Positions 1 through 15,900 of a stretch of DNA of 64,000 nucleotides are shown here, piece after piece. Origin of the DNA: Thalia democratica (Eukaryota); assembly GCA_965202585.1 (NCBI GenBank), contig OZ241828.1:54870001-54934000 (forward strand), given 5' to 3'. Made by a program: the position numbers and the translations under genes. The notes under the pieces were generated by a model, which searched no databases, was not told the origin of the DNA, and saw only the letters and a program-made list of their open reading frames with translations. Position 1 is the first letter of the stretch; every line of letters starts with the position of its first letter.

Positions 1-2284
1 ATCATACCTAATTGTTTCTTATTGTCCTGCATTCAGCAGCCTGCGCTAAGAAATTTTTATTTTTTAAATTCAGGATCAAAACAAATACAAAGTAGTAAAC
101 TTTTGTAGTTGATTTATCAGCTTATTTAATTAGTAGATATTAAAAGTAACTAAAGGTGTTTTTTTTATCTGGAGAATGATGTGTAAGCATTTTATGTAAA
201 CTCAATAACTTATCTACATATGTTTAAATGATTCATATAGTTTTGTAGTAACAATACTTTGGTAGTTTAAAAAGTTTATTTATTAACAGTTACGCTAGAC
301 ATTTGTTAAGACAAAACATTTAAGAAAGGTAAAAAGGTAGGTTTAGTATGGATTTACTTTCGGTTGAAAAGTTGATATAATATATAACTTGCTTGTTAAA
401 TGATAAAATAAGTACTTTTTCAAATAAAATTTAAAGCAGTTACTACGACTGACAAATTTTACCAACATTTCTAATATCGGTTATACAGTAGTTATAAGTA
501 ATTTATTAACATTCCTTTTATTGACTGGTTAATTAATATGATTTTAATTTATAAAAATTTAAAGTCATAATGATATTTTACTAAAAATAGATTTAAAACA
601 GAATATGAAACTTATAGCTAATTTAAAGTAAAGTTTTGCAAAAAACTAGTTTCAGTAAAACCGTAATAAATCAAAAAGGAGTTAATTATTTATAAAATTA
701 CCAAATTTATAAAGAAAGCAGATTAAAATGAAATTCGGGTAAACAGAATTTCATGTTTTGATGAAAACAAATCACAAAAAAAGCTTTTAAGTTGAAGCTT
801 TGATGTAGTAAACAATAAACTGACGAAGTTATCGTAAAACTAAAAACAAATAAGGAGTCTTTTGTCAAACTTGTTAATAATTACATCAGTAAATAAACGT
901 TTAGTTTTTAACTTTAATATCTAAAAACAACAAGCCACATAAACAATTTTTTTTAGTATTAGCAATTCAGAAAGTATTTATAAAAGCAGCCTTTTACAAA
1001 AAAAAAAAACAAAAAGAAAATTATAAGATTAAACACATATTGCTTGAATAAAAATGTTAGTAAAAGTTTATTTTTATCTTTCATCAGAGTTAATCTTAAA
1101 ATTTTCGAGCTGCTTTTGTTTTGTTATTTTTTTACTATCTTAGTCACAGAAATAAAAATCTTTTAGTTAATGTTTATGAAGGAGTTAGGTTAAACAATAA
1201 AAATTAAAAGTTTAAAAGTCATTTTAAATATCAATTAAAAAGAAAAAAAAAACAACTAATATTTTATCAAAATTTCTTTAATTATAAAGTGCATATAAAT
1301 AGCTTTGTAATGAATGTCTTTTAACGAAAAGTTGCAAAAAGCTTGCTTTGTATGCTCTTAAGAATAATTAACTAAACTGTAAACTTTATTTTCTTACACA
1401 TTTATTCAAATTCAATCTTTATAAATGAAAATATAATAGTAAAAAGTTCTTGGTTGTTTGAAAAATTATTATGTAAATATACACTACTGCGAAATTTTTA
1501 AACTGATTTAAAACAACTGTTAAAGTAAAAGTTACTTAAAATTTATGTACATACAATAACTTAATGCGCTAAATTGTTTCTTATGCACTTATATTATTTA
1601 AGCAAACGTGGTTTTTCTTCTACAAACACAAGTTGAGTTAAACAAAACATTAGCTTTTACGATTGTTTAGTTATATATCTTTTTTTGAATTACTATAATA
1701 AATATTTTTGAAGTTCTTTATTATACTCTCTGTGCTCTAAAATACTTTATTACAGTAGTCAAAAAAGTACTTTCTGAATGTGAAAAAGCAAATTGATATG
1801 ATATTGATAAATTGATATTTCTTAAAATACTTTTTCTATTTAAACAACTTTAACTGTACTGGAAATTACTAAAACTTTATTCATTTGAAGAGCGAAGTAT
1901 TCTTAACATATACAAAAATATGATTTGATAACTATTGGTTAAAGTTTTTTTATTACTTACACGTTATACAATACATGTGTAAAGTTTAGATAAATACTAT
2001 AATTCTTGTATTACTTCAGATTACCAGTCACTTATTTTCCAAACAACACTCTGACAAGACTCTTTAAAGCATATTTACTTAACGTAAAGTTTAATTTATG
2101 CGTATATAAACGTTTATATACAAGTGATCTGCCGAGATAAATATCATTTAGTAGAAACAAAAGTGTAAAAAATATATATAACTATAAGTAGGTAATAATA
2201 TTATGAAACTTGATTTATAGTAAGTATTTTGTTTTTGTTTATGTTAAGCAAACGTTAATACAGAAACCTTGTTGTTAATCGAAA

Positions 2285-5200
2285 ATGGGAAGTCAAGTTG
2301 TTCTCAGCAAGACAGCAGTCTTCGTTTATCTTGTACTAACTGCTGCAGTGATAAGTTCGTTTACTAATAAAATATTAGTTTTTTATATTTTAAAAGTATT
2401 ATTAAACGAAATTAAAATAAGTATTAGGCTACTTAAATCTTTACTGCTTTCAAATTTAAGTATAAAGTTTGGATTACAACTAACTGTTTTAGAACTTAGT
2501 GAGCTTGTTTGTTTCCTATCAATTTAATTGAGTTGTTATTTACAATTTAAGACTTTGTTATAATTTCCGGTTTGTTTCGTAGTACGCTTTCATTTTGCTG
2601 TTTGTGTTTATGATGAATGTTCTTTATAAAATTATTCTATGTTAGTTTTTTTTTAATTTTAAAATAGAAGAAGCTAGAAAAAAATTTTTAATTACATTTT
2701 AGGTAACACTTGACTGTATAAAAATATAAAAGATGTAAAATTTTTTCTACTGCTTTATTTAACTAAACGTAATACAAAAGTTCAAAACATAGTTAATATT
2801 TCTTAGTTATAAAACTCAAATAAAAAAAATCTAAAATAAAATTAGCTCGGAAAACTTGATTACTTTAAAATTTGTTTTGAGCTATTTTTACAAATCAGTA
2901 ATGTTTAATTAGAAAATAAATTTCGGTTGTTATCTTATACAAACAAAAGTTTAGTAGTACATTATGGACAGATTGAAAACGAAATTATAGTTGGTATACT
3001 TTAATTCTGTAGACAACATAAAACTTCTATTTATGTTGTGAAAGTTAAGCTGTTACATTCATTTAAAAAGATTTACTTATGCACAAGAAAAGTCAACTGA
3101 ATTTCATTTAATTAAAGTTTATAAAAGTCTAAATAATCGTTTTAGTTTAGCTGAATTTTTGTTTTCTAATTATCTCTCGCTAAAAGATTATAAAAATTAC
3201 TTAGAGCTTCAAAAAGTTTTTGAAGATAACTGTAACAGATTCGCAATTTTAACCTAGCACGATTTTTTAATAAGAAATATGTTTGAAAATTTTTATCAAT
3301 CCAGTAATGTTTTTCTAAATTTATTTTTAATAACTAAGTTTTCCAACAACTATAAACCAATTTAAAAAAAAAAAGCTTATCTAGATAAACAATACTAGTC
3401 ATAAACAACTTTACAAAAAAAAAAAAATTCCAGTAGTAAAAAAAATCAAACAGCCGTAGTTGGATTTTTAAAAATAAGTAGTGTTTTTTTAAACTTAAGT
3501 AACTTGAAAATATTTTTTCAAATGAAATATCTTACATGTTTTGAATTATTTTATTTAAGTAATTAAAATTTACGAAAAAATCAATTAAATTCAATATAAA
3601 ACTTATGTAGATAAATAGTAGTATACAACTATATACTTTATGTAAACTTCAATACAAATCGTTTTCTAACTCAAACAAAACTAAAAACTTTAACAAAACC
3701 CAAACAGCCGCAGTCGGTCTTCTTGCCGGCCTGGTCGGCCGCTCCGACCCAACTCCAGTGTCAGCACCGACCCAACCACCCCTGGTCACCACGACAACCA
3801 TGGAGCCGGTGCCCGGTCCCTGGAACAGCATCCGGCTACCCCTCGACCTCATCCCCACCTTGTACCGGGTCGACTTGAAACCGGAGCTGGTGGCCGACGG
3901 TGACGGGAGGTTCTGGTTCAGCGGGGAGTCGGAGGTGGAGTTCGTGGTTGAGGAGGAGACGGGTTGGGTTTACATTCACTCGTACTTGCTGCAGTTCGAA
4001 AGCGTGGAGCTGTTCGATGAAGAAGTTAGTTGCGATTGAGAAATTAAAACCTCTAACTTTATTAAGACTGCAACTTAAAATGTGGTATGAGTTTTGATTT
4101 CTTTCAAGTTCTGTTATTTAGTTTTTATTCAATTTATAAGTTTGAACCTGAATAAATTACTTTTTTCGTTTTTGTGTTACATTATTGTAGTTAGGAGTAG
4201 TTTTAAGTATTTGGAATTTAGTTTTAGTTTATTTAGCACTCCCCAACTTGAATAATAATCTAAAATAAGATATTATGCATACGTTATAGAGCATCTCTAG
4301 CTGAATTTCAAATAAAATGTTAACTTTTTATTTTACTTTAACTTTTCAAAAAGTAGACTAGTAATATTATTATTTTGTCGATAAAGTTTTTAAAGTGTTC
4401 TCCAATTATATTCATTGCTAGTTATTAATATTTTTTTCAGTAAATCGTTTAAACTAACATTACTTCTAAACTTTTTATCGAAGTATTTTTACTATTACAA
4501 AATAAGCAGCGTTTTTATTCTTGATTGTATGCAAGTAAGTTTCAACAATTTGATGTTGCAGTTGTATTAATACATACGTACGTATAAAAATATTGAAATA
4601 TAATATAATTATTCAAAAGTGTTGTTTTATTTGTACTAGTAGTAATAATTAACAGGTGAAACTTTCGCATTTTAATGACTTTAAACTAAAACTACTAAAA
4701 CACCACTAGTTACTTTTGTATCTTACATTTTTTCTTAGAAAACTGTCAAAAAATTGAAAAATTATCGGTTTTAAAACTTAATATTTGCGTCGTTTTAAAA
4801 CCTCTAACACTTTTTTGTTGCAGAACAACAAGGTTGAGACGTCTCACAGTTTACACCTTCCGTATCAGTACTTGGTGGTGAAGTCAAGTACCATGCTGAG
4901 TGTTGGTAAAAACTATACGCTGATGACAAAGTACACAGGAGAACTCACTGATGGGCTGGGAGGTTTGTACAGGAGTTCATACACTGATGAAGATGGAAAT
5001 AATAAGTTAGACTTTTTTAAACATTTAAAAACTGCGTATTATATTTTTAAACGTTTTTAGTATCATACATTTTTGAATAAACTTAAACTTAATGTTATTG
5101 TAGTTTTGCTAGTTTGTACAATGTGTAAATTGTAGTTTTGTAACTAAACTGTTTTGCTTTGTTCCGATGTTGGTATTTCCTGAATGTAGTTATTTTGTAT

Positions 5201-8200
5201 GGGATGAACAATTAACAACTTGATACGCAGAATACTGGCAACAACTCAGATGCAGCCCACCGACGCGAGACGGGCGTTTCCCTGCTTCGACGAGCCTTTC
5301 TTCAAAGCCCAGTTCGATATTTCGCTGTGGCACAAGGATCCGAACTTTGCAATTTCCAACATGCCCCCTACAAACACCGAAGTTAGTTGAAAGTTTATTT
5401 ATGATTGATGTAAATTTAATAAAGCCTTCTTGGGCTGATTACATTAGTTTGAACAATATTTGTTTAGTACGTATCGTGTTTGCATCAAAGTTTACCTTTT
5501 GAAATAAGTTTTTAAAACCTCTGCTTAAATAATATAAAGCTGAAACTCATGCTTTTGTTTCTAATGCAACAACGAGTCCTAGTACTAATTTTGAATTGCA
5601 GTAGGACTAAAACATATTGGTTTTCTAATAAACTAAAAGTTTTAAAATGTTGTTTTAAAATTTATTCTTAAACATGATAAACTTTGAATTATCAATTAAT
5701 AAAACAAAATCATTTAAATACCTTAAAAAAAAATTCGAAAAATAAAAAATAAACACTAGTAAATTTTATTTAAAACATTAAGTTCATACTTTGATTTTAA
5801 TGTATACAAATGAATACAACTTAAAAAAATAACAATGAGGATATGGAAGAAGGTTGGAAGAAAACAAGTTTTGAGAGAACTTTCAAAATGTCAACATACT
5901 TGCTTGCGTTTGTCGTTTGCGAGTTCGGGTCAGTAGCAGGTCAGACGAGCGATGGAAAAATTACTGTTAGTTACAAGATATTGAATCAAAAACAATTGCT
6001 GCTTGTTTTTTTATACAATTTACAAGTCAAAAAACTATTTTTATAACAAGCTTTAGTTTTAGTTACAAAACCTTGTTATTGAAACAAAAATAAGTGCTAT
6101 TATGAATTTTTAAACTAAAGTTAAGATTTTTAGACAACGATATACGCGCGAAAGGGACAAGTTGACAGGGGAAATGCGAACTATGCGAGGGACATCACCC
6201 CTCAAATAATTGACTTTTATGAAGAATATTTCGGAATTCCATATCCTCTTCCTAAATCTGGTAAACAGTTGTTTTGAGTCAACTAAATTGTTTTAAACCT
6301 TAATATTTATTTCTTCTACTAGAGCTTAAGAAATTTTTTTTTATTTTTAGCTCTTTGCCGCATAAGTATATACTTTTACACCACGGTGTAGAGATTATAA
6401 TACTAACTAAACTCATTCAGTTTTTTTTACAATTAAAATTTTAACTTTTACAGATCAGATAGCAGTGCCCGACTTCAACGCGGGTGCCATGGAAAACTGG
6501 GGTCTGGTAATATACAGGGAGACGGCCATGTTGTACGACCCCGCAATAAATTCAGCTTCCAACAAGCAGCGGGTCGCCACCGTAATTGCTCACGAGCTGG
6601 GGCATCAGGTGCGTGTTTGAAAAGAGTTTATATGAGTATTTAAAAGTTCAGAAAGCTCGATATTGTTTTGTTACGTTTTTAACAACCGGGTTTTTCAACG
6701 TTTTGGAATTAATCTAAGTGTTAAAAAAAAATTATAAAAAAGTGTTTTAGAAAAATCTTATAAACTTTTTATTTTCATTTTACTAAGCATATATCATACA
6801 TAAAACTAACTTACTTCGTAAACTTGATTAAAAAAAACTATGTTTACACTGTACTACAGTACATAAAAACAGATAAGCTTAAAAACACAAAGTGCTCTAG
6901 CTCAAGCTTGTTTTGCTACTAAAAAGTTTGTATTTTTGATAAAAAATTCTAACAGTGGTTCGGAAACCTGATAACGACTAAATGGTGGGACGAATTGTGG
7001 TTGAACGAGGGTTTCGCTTCCTACTTGGAATACCTCGGAACCGACCATGTTCAACCTGATTGGAATATGGTCAGAATATGTTATTTTTTTGTAAAGTTAT
7101 CAACTAGCTTTTAGAAACAAAAAATTGCGCATAAATCTAAATTAAGTTACATTGATAAATATTGAAATACTAACGGATCATTGTGTTGATTTTTTTATTA
7201 GCTAAGTTTGTTTATTTAATTATCAATATTACTCCGTTGTTTTCTTACAACTTTTAAGTTATTACAAAAACCAAATCTAGTTTTGAACGTTTAGTGTTCT
7301 GCAAGTTACCATATTTTAAATTTTTTACTTGTATTACTTTCTAAACGAAAGTACTACAATTGTTTTCTTTAATTTTGTAAATTATTTGTTTATTTATATA
7401 ACACACAAAAATAAAAATATACACTCGTGTGTACGCATATAACAACCTAAATAAAAATATTTAAAAATTCAGTTGGACCAGTTTTTGATTTTGGACCTGA
7501 AGCGGGCGCTGGACACGGACGCGCTGACGTCATCGCACGCGATAGTGCAGACGGTGGCGACACCAAGCGAGATAAACGAGCTGTTCGACGCCATAAGCTA
7601 CAGCAAGGGAGCGTGTTTGATCAGGATGGTCAACTTCGTGGTTGGCGATGAGGCGTTCAAAGCGGGACTCAAGGTTTGTTGTTTGTCCGATTGAGTTAAT
7701 TGGTGAGTTTGTCAGTTTTTAAAAGTAAAATTATATATAAAACGTTTTTTAATTGTTTTAAGCAAACTATTTTTATCAAATGAGCTTAGTACTATTTTTT
7801 TATTCAAAAGTGTAGTCTAAAATTTCTATTAAATCTCAAGCAATTTCAATGTTCATACAACGAAGCTGTTAATTGAAATGTTTATTATTTTATTATTAAA
7901 CAAAAAAAAAATAAAATGAAAGTATTCACTTTTCGTTTTATAGAAATTTATCAATGACAACAAGTACGGATCAGTAACTCATCCTCAACTCCTGGCAGCT
8001 TGGCAAGAAGTAAGACTTGATATTTTTATGAGGTTTTCTATAAACTAAATTACTTGTTTAATCTTTACCTTCTTAAATATCACTAATACTCTAATCACAG
8101 GTTCTGTTATTAAAAATATTTAACTTTCAATTTAACTCATCGTCTTCAAAACTTTTGTAAATATATTTTCTTACTACAGGCAACGCAAAATCTGAATCCC

Positions 8201-11200
8201 TCCGTGCTGCCTAGCAACGGGCTGAACAACGCGCTCGAAACTTGGACCCTTCAGATGGGCTTTCCCCTAATAACCCTGAAAAGGAGCGGGGGCAAGGTGG
8301 AAGTGAGTCAGGAAAGGTTTCTGATCGATCAAACTGCTGATCCGATGCTGCCACCTTCGCAGTACAAGTTTGCATTAAAAACATGTTGTTAATTATATTT
8401 TGAAAAGTAACATGTCGGAAAAATTTTAAAAAGGTTTTTTTTATGTAATGTTAAACTTTTAAATAATTTGATTGTTTATAGTATTTTTAGTTTTACAAAT
8501 TCTTAGCACAAAGGTTTTCAGACATCTTTTGACTTTTAACAATATAATTTTATAATGTTTTTGATATTTGGGCTAAAAATACTTTTAATTTATTTAAAAT
8601 AGTTTACATCGTAGTTTTTATTTTATTTATAGATAGTTTTTTATAACAACATTTGAGTAGATTTTCAGAAAACTTTAATTTTTACTATCAAAGCTTCTAA
8701 ATCTCTATACATGTAATTCATTTCCTTAAAAAGTTCTTGAAAATTATGCCTAACAAAAAATTTAGAATACTACAAGCAGTTTTCTAAAATTGCTTTACTT
8801 TTAATTTTTTGTAACTTTTTACAATATATTATAATATCTTATGTATTAGTTTATATTATTTTTTCAAAAGCAATAAATTTTAGTTACAAATGGGATGTTC
8901 CTTTTTGGTACATGACTTCATCAAACAGCGAACCAACGCTTAAGTGGCTTTCAAGAAACGAAGAAAAAAGTAACAGTTTTTATTATTTTAACCGATAATC
9001 TTTTAAGGTCAGCAATTAATATAGTTATTTTTTTTAACCCAAATTAAAAGCATTATAAAGACTTTTTTCTATTTATACTTATTTAAACATATAAATTCTA
9101 GTTGAGTTTGATGTTTCTGATGATGACTGGGTTATTGGAAACGCGATGGCTGCTGGATATTATCGAGTCAATTATGACGTCAGCGACTGGAACAAAATAA
9201 TCGGTGCTTTGAAAGACAACTTGAATGTTAGCCTACGTTTGTTGTTTTGTATTTTTGTCGCAAATCTATTTACATACTTAAATTCTATTACTATTAATTG
9301 ACAAATTGGCTTTCCTAAAAAATATTTTCTTTTAGCAAATAACAACTTCAAACAGAGGACAATTGCTCGATGATGTTTTTACCCTCGCTAGGTAAGAATA
9401 ACGAATATTTATTGCGTTTAAGATTAAGCAAAAGACATTCATTTTACTTTTGATTGCATCAATTTGTTTATACATATTCATAAAAAGTTTTAACTTGTTT
9501 TACAGACAAAAAAATAAAAAAACATTTTTTATAAAACGTATTTAAGTTTAGTTTAGATAAAAGCGTTTATATTTTATTTTTAATCTTTTTAATACTTTAA
9601 AACCCCCTTTCGTAACAAAAGTAACAAAAAAAAGCTGATAAAACTATTTTTAAGCTATTACTCGATACCAAAAACAAATTTAAGAATGCTCCAACAGAAT
9701 TGGGAAAGTAGGGTACAACATAGCACTAGAGCTGTCAAGTTATTTGTCGGGAGAACTCGAGTACATACCGTGGGAGAACGCTCTCAGGTCCATGTCGTAC
9801 TTTAGCCTGGTGCTGACAAGGTCTAAAGTTTACGGCCTCTACTCAGTAAGTTAATGTAAAAAGGAAAACTTGCTTTGAAAATTTGTTTTTTCATTTAACA
9901 ATAAAATTTTTTTCTTGAATTGTTTTGTAAACTTGTTGATTTAAGTTCTTTAAGTTAAAAAAATACATAAAATAAATAAAAAAAGTGTCTATAAATTTGA
10001 ACTTAAACAACAATAAGAAAAATTATTCACAACTTTTAAAGAAAGAATACACAAATTTTGCATATTAATAAAGTATAACAAACACATCTGTTAACATAAC
10101 AATATAAAAGCTTAATTTATAATAGTTGTTTTTTTTCTTCAAAAACCAGCGGTTAGATTCATTGCTTTAACTGATTTTTAAACTACAAAAGGCCTAGAAT
10201 AGAAATCACTAACAATAGGTTGTAAAAGCATTTTACAATAAAAATAACAGGATTATGTATTAGAACTTACTAGCAACTTGTATTCTGTCCTTGGTTGGGA
10301 TGAAGAAGCAAACGAAAGCATCTTACAACAGTTCGTTTGCTTATTTTAAGTTTTGAAACATTATTTAACTTAAAATTTGTCCTATCCTTTAAAATACTTA
10401 AGAAGTGTTTAAGTTTACACGTATAATTTTTTTTGAATGCTACAAGAAGTCTATACCGTAATTTACTTATATCATGTGCTTCTAGGTACCAAAGAATAAA
10501 TGCCATTGGAAGTCAATGTTTCTATGGAAACGAAGACTGTATACAAAACGTTCAAAGCAGATTTAATGATTGGATGAACACTGGAATAAATAAGTAATTC
10601 ATAAAAAATACTTTATGAAAAATCTTTTTTAAACTTGCAATTCAAAAAGTTTATTAGTATTTCTAATTGAGATACCATATTTTTTCTACTCATATCCATT
10701 TATTAATAAAAGAAAACCTAATTGAAACTCAGCTTGTATCTCAGGTATTAAGTATAAGAAATTCATATATATTTTCAACTTTTCAGCATTTCGCCAAACT
10801 TGAGAAGCTTAGTATACTGCAACGCAGTGAGATACGGCAGCTATTTGGAATGGGACTTCATTTTCGACAAGTACCAAAACGAACAGGACTCCAACGAAAA
10901 GTCCAAGCTTTCAAGCGGGCTGATCTGCTCGAAAGAAAGCTGGATAAACACGAGGTGATGTTTTTGATATTTTTATTTTTTTTTATTAAGTCAATGTAAA
11001 ATGTAAGTACTTCTAAACTGTTTTGCGTCGCTTGTAACAACTAGTTTGCAGTTTGTAGAAAAATACTTTTTGAATCTAAGTTAACTGATGACGATGTTTC
11101 GGACATTTAGGATTTAAAAATTCATGTAAAATATTCATATTAAAATTACTGAATAATAGCAACACAGAAATTTCAAAAACTAGAAAAAAATCGAATTAAA

Positions 11201-12986
11201 ACTTTTTTTTAGATTATAAAAAATCGTTATAGCATGCTTAAGTACACAATAATAAATATTATTTTAGGTTTTTGACTTACATAACCGACGATAGTTACAT
11301 TCGTAAACAAGACGCTTCTTCACTGATTGAGAGTCTCAGTCAAAACGACAATGCCAGGGACTTGGTGTGGAGCTTTCTTAAAGAGAACTGGGACTTTATT
11401 TACGACAAGTTTGTTTGAATGAAATAATGTTTAATATTTGTATACAATATTTTGCTTGTTGTTGAACAGCTTAATCTTATGAAACTTATAATGGTATTTA
11501 ACAGTTCAGAACAGCAGGAGTTTTGTTGAGTTGAAGTTTTGCAAGTTTTCAAGACAAACTTAAAAACATTGTACGCTATATTTTATCAAAATTGAAGTAA
11601 ACTAGCAACCAAAAATATTTTAAAACATACTTTTGTTCAGTTTTAGTTGAACATTCCGAAAAAAAAATCTGGTCAATATCGTTAAAAACTCGATGAGAAA
11701 ATAGTTTAGAATAAGTTCTAGTTTTTTGTTATATCAATGACAAAGATAAACGTAATTTAGTTGATGTACTAGGTGCACGACTACTCAAATTCTGACAGTT
11801 CAAATTCTTAAAAAAGTTGAAAGGGCCACAAATTAAAAAGTAATGTATATTTATCAAGTATAAAAATACATATGTAAGTCATATTAATATCTACAAGCCA
11901 TTTTTTCTTTTTGCAAAACATTAGGTATTTTTTGAGATATGGCTTAAATAAAGGAAAAAAGATAGTTATTTTTAGTAATTTCAAAATATTTTTAAAAATA
12001 ATTAAGATTTTGCAAAAAAGAAAAAATTTCTTTTAGATATTAATAAGATCCACATATGTATTTTTTATTGATTTCAAACTTATATTGTATTTTGATATAT
12101 AGTCTTTCAAATATTTTTTTAAGAACTTGAGTTTTCGGAATTTGAGTTGTCCGAATTAGAATTGTCATGTAACCACTTAAACTACTATTTAGTTTTAGTA
12201 AAATACTTCTATATGAGTTACAAACAACAAAACTTTTGTTCATATTACGGGTAAAAAGTAAATAAATATTTTAAAGAATATAACTGTATGGTACACTATG
12301 TAAAACTACGTTATTGAAGTGATGGTTTTTTTAAGTGAAATTTATATTCAATACTCGATTTTAGTTTTATTTTACTCACTAATTTTTAATATCTATACTT
12401 GTTTGTAAAGCTATGGCTCCGGATCGTTCTCATTCAGTGGCATTATCGAGGCAGCTACAAACCACTTTTCAACAGAGTACGAACTAAAAGAGGTTTGAAA
12501 GTAATAACATTTTAGTAAGAACTTATCTTTTATTTTGAATAAGTTGTATTAGACATTTTTGTCAAAAATTACTACAAGTGTACGATTTTGATGCATACCA
12601 ACAATTTTTTTTACATTTAAACATGTTAAAACTAATCAATAATATAGTTTATTACTACTACTTAATTATCTTTTTTATACAATTTTTAATTATTTTTTAC
12701 ATTTTTGTTATAAAAATTTACAAACAATTGTATGTACTTAATAAAACCAGGCATACAACATTTTCAAAAAACACTAAAGTTCTAAAAACCTTTTCTTGAT
12801 GAATCACTATTTTTTTTCCAACTTACACTTTATTTCGAACAGCTTGAAGACTTTATCTCAGAAAACCAAGCCAAGTTAGGTTCCGGACAAAGAGCCATCG
12901 AACAATCTTTGGAACAAACTAGAACCAACATAAATTGGAGAAATTTATACGAAGCCGATGTTTACGGCTGGTTGCAGAGCAGATAA
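2285..12986 (+). CDS. ANPEP: Aminopeptidase N (M1 zinc aminopeptidase, type II membrane protein), 21 exons, ~944 aa
   Basis: Phase-compatible GT-AG exons: 2285-2354, 3708-4024, 4824-5005, 5231-5381, 5840-5965, 6134-6260, 6454-6608, 6956-7069, 7473-7673, 7944-8009, 8180-8367, 8884-8969, 9102-9226, 9336-9391, 9698-9845, 10251-10330, 10486-10593, 10787-10954, 11268-11408, 12411-12492, 12843-12986 (sum 2835 nt, ends TAA). N-terminal anchor [33 protein letters not shown]; [18 protein letters not shown]; GAMENWG; HELGHQW...WLNEGFA (HEXXH+E); YYRVNYD; C-terminal [12 protein letters not shown]...[13 protein letters not shown] and [15 protein letters not shown] resemble ANPEP more than other M1 members (comparison from memory). 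Confidence 0.93.
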
Positions 12987-15900
12987 TTTTTTTGTTTTTT
13001 TAAATTCAAACTGTTTTTCTATTTCATGTGTAATTCAAAACATCAGCATTTTTTTTTGTTTTATATTTTACAAAAGTTTTATAATTTTATAGTAGTAAAA
13101 CGTTTACTTTTCAGAGCTATATGCAAAAAGAATTGCAATCGATTTAATAAAAAAATCTTTAACTGAAACAATGTTTATTTTTTTTGCTAAATGTTTTAAT
13201 AAAAAAAAGCTATAAATTTTTTTTATTTTAATATTGATAGTATACTGGCTTAAATAAACATGATAAAAAAATCATAAGAGTTATGAAAAGTTAAAAATTG
13301 CTTTAAAACATTTTACACTTTAATTATTTTTTGTAATTTTAACCATATTCAAAAAGCTAAAATTTGTTTTTTTTGCAGTAAGTTTTAAGATAAAAAAAAA
13401 GCGTTTTTATTAATTTTGTCATACAAAACACAAAAGTATATATTGTAAGAATTTCTAATCTACAAATTTTAGAAGATATTTACTAAGGTTTATTTTTTTA
13501 TACTAAATACGAAGGTTATAACTTATTATTTGATATTTTTAAGGCTAGGTTAAGAATTTTAAAAGATGTAGTAATGTAAACATTACTCATACAACAAGGT
13601 TTTTTTTTAGTAAAAGTCAGTTTTAAATTTTTAAATTTTTTATATTAATCGGCTTTTTTTAACATTTCAAAAAATTTTTAGTAAAAAAGCAGTTATTTCA
13701 GATCGATCTTATACTTAAGTATAGTTTATTCATTAAATGATGCTGTGTCTTACTTTATAAAATAATTATATAGACCTAGTTTATAGTAATTATTTTTTTC
13801 CCGATTTTATACAAATGCAATAAATACTTTTTACCTTGTGCGAAACTAGCTCAAAAAATTGAGTATTTAATGCCTTATGAGGTATAGTTTTATTTTAACC
13901 CCAGATCTTTTGTTAAGTTGCTTTAGTTCAACACATTTAGTTTATTAAATGATGATACTAGCACAACTACCGCATAAATGGTAATTAAATTTGTTTAACT
14001 ACTTTTAACAGTTTTATCTAAAGTATATAAATTTATGAAGTCTTTACCAAATTATTAAGGTAAAAAACCTTGTTACATATATTTAAAGGCGCTGTAGATT
14101 TGATTAGAGTAAAGAAGCATATCTAAAAATTTAACCTTAGTCATTAACCTTTTAAAGCATTGACTAAAATGTACATACTTATGTATTTATTTTATGATGA
14201 GTCTACTCTATTCTTTTACTACCGGCAACAAAGGGAATTTTACTGTTGACTAAAATATACATATTTAAATAGTTAGGTTTATAAGATTAATATTCATGAA
14301 GCTGATCTGTTGTTTTATTTAAAACTTTCATTTGGGTATGGGATAAGTTTTCCAATTGGTGGGCCTAATTTACCAAGAAAAGTTACACGTGGATTTATTA
14401 AATTTTTTTTATATTAGGTCGAACTTTTTTTTTTTCAAATGGACTACAAAAACAAAACAAAAAACTCTTTATAAGCAAAGTTGCAATGAAAGAATCATTT
14501 AATAACCACTGCTATGTGCTGAAGATAAAATTAAAAGAACAGAAGTATTTGTTATAAAAAAGCTCATTTTTATTGTTTTGCATAAGTTTTTTTCAAGCTT
14601 AAAAATACTTAGCGAGGCGTACGGTTCCCATTACTATTGTAAAAAACTATTAATATGTTAGTAAATAGTACGTTACGTTTTGTACCTTATGTGAAAATAG
14701 TTTAGAATAAAATGTTTCAAACATTAAGAAATATAAAATGTTTTCACTGCTTAGAAACTGATTTTTGAAGAAATAAAGACTCGTGTAGACCTCGAAAAAT
14801 TTATATTGTTTTAGAAACATCAAAAAATCAAGCATAGAATACAAAGTTATCTTAAACTTATTTTATCTTAGTAAACACCATATATTTTTATTTAACTTTT
14901 TAGTAATAATAAAAATAAAGATATTTGATAAAAATGTAATTATTACGTATTGTCTAAATACTAAACATAATAATTTGTTGTAAAAGGTAAATGATGACAA
15001 ATAAAACTGAAACCTTACAATTTTAATAGTAATTTTTTATACGTTTTAAAGGTTTGAACGGTGTTTCTAATGAAGTTTCTAATTTTTTTTATTTACGACT
15101 TAGAAGAAAAACTCGAGAACAGTAATATATATATTCTACAAGTCTCTAAAAAACCAACAAACAATTTCGTTGGATTGTAACAATTACAACAATTTTATAA
15201 GTAATCAGTTTAGTCGAAATAATTACATATATCTTCAGGGTTTTTATAAAACATATAGTAGTGTTCTACAATTTATAAAAATAGTACTTTTCATAACATA
15301 AATAAAAAACCTTACGAAAAAAACAATATTTTGCTAAACTAACGGAAACATAAATTTTTTATAATATTCCTACAGGTAATTAATTTTTTTTTAATGCTTT
15401 GAAAATTGTAATTCTTATAAATTTCAGTTTAAAACCGAAACAAGTTATATTTAATATTTACTCTTTTTTACTAGTAATAGTTTTTTTAAGATACGTACAG
15501 AAAGAATCTTTTGATATAAGATATTGACAAACTCTAGAAAAATATGTTAAGTTTCATGAGCTAATATTTTTATTGCCTAAACAAACATAGCTGTAAATTA
15601 GAAGTTAATACTTAAAATATTTCATGGTATTACAAAAGCTTAGCTATAACCAGAGGCAATGCAAATCGTTGCAAATGTTATAGAAAAAAGTGAATTTGAA
15701 GATTTCAAAGTCAAACAAAGTATTCACAACTTTATTGAACAGTAATCTTTTTTTTAGTGCTTTAGTAAGGTTTATTAGTAATTAATAAGTAAGGTGAACG
15801 TAGTATCAAATTAATAACCTTTAGATTTATATTAAGACTTCAGTATTAAAACGTTTTCGAACTATTACAAAGTAGAAGTTGCGTTTGTAATTGAACATTT

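Noticed and set aside
12126-12170. Three degenerate 15-bp units and the overlapping minus-strand ORF
   Set aside because: Too short and degenerate; no supported start or splice partner.
15650-15745. 30-codon open frame EAMQIVANVIEKSEF...
   Set aside because: Isolated, with no partner exons or homology recognised.
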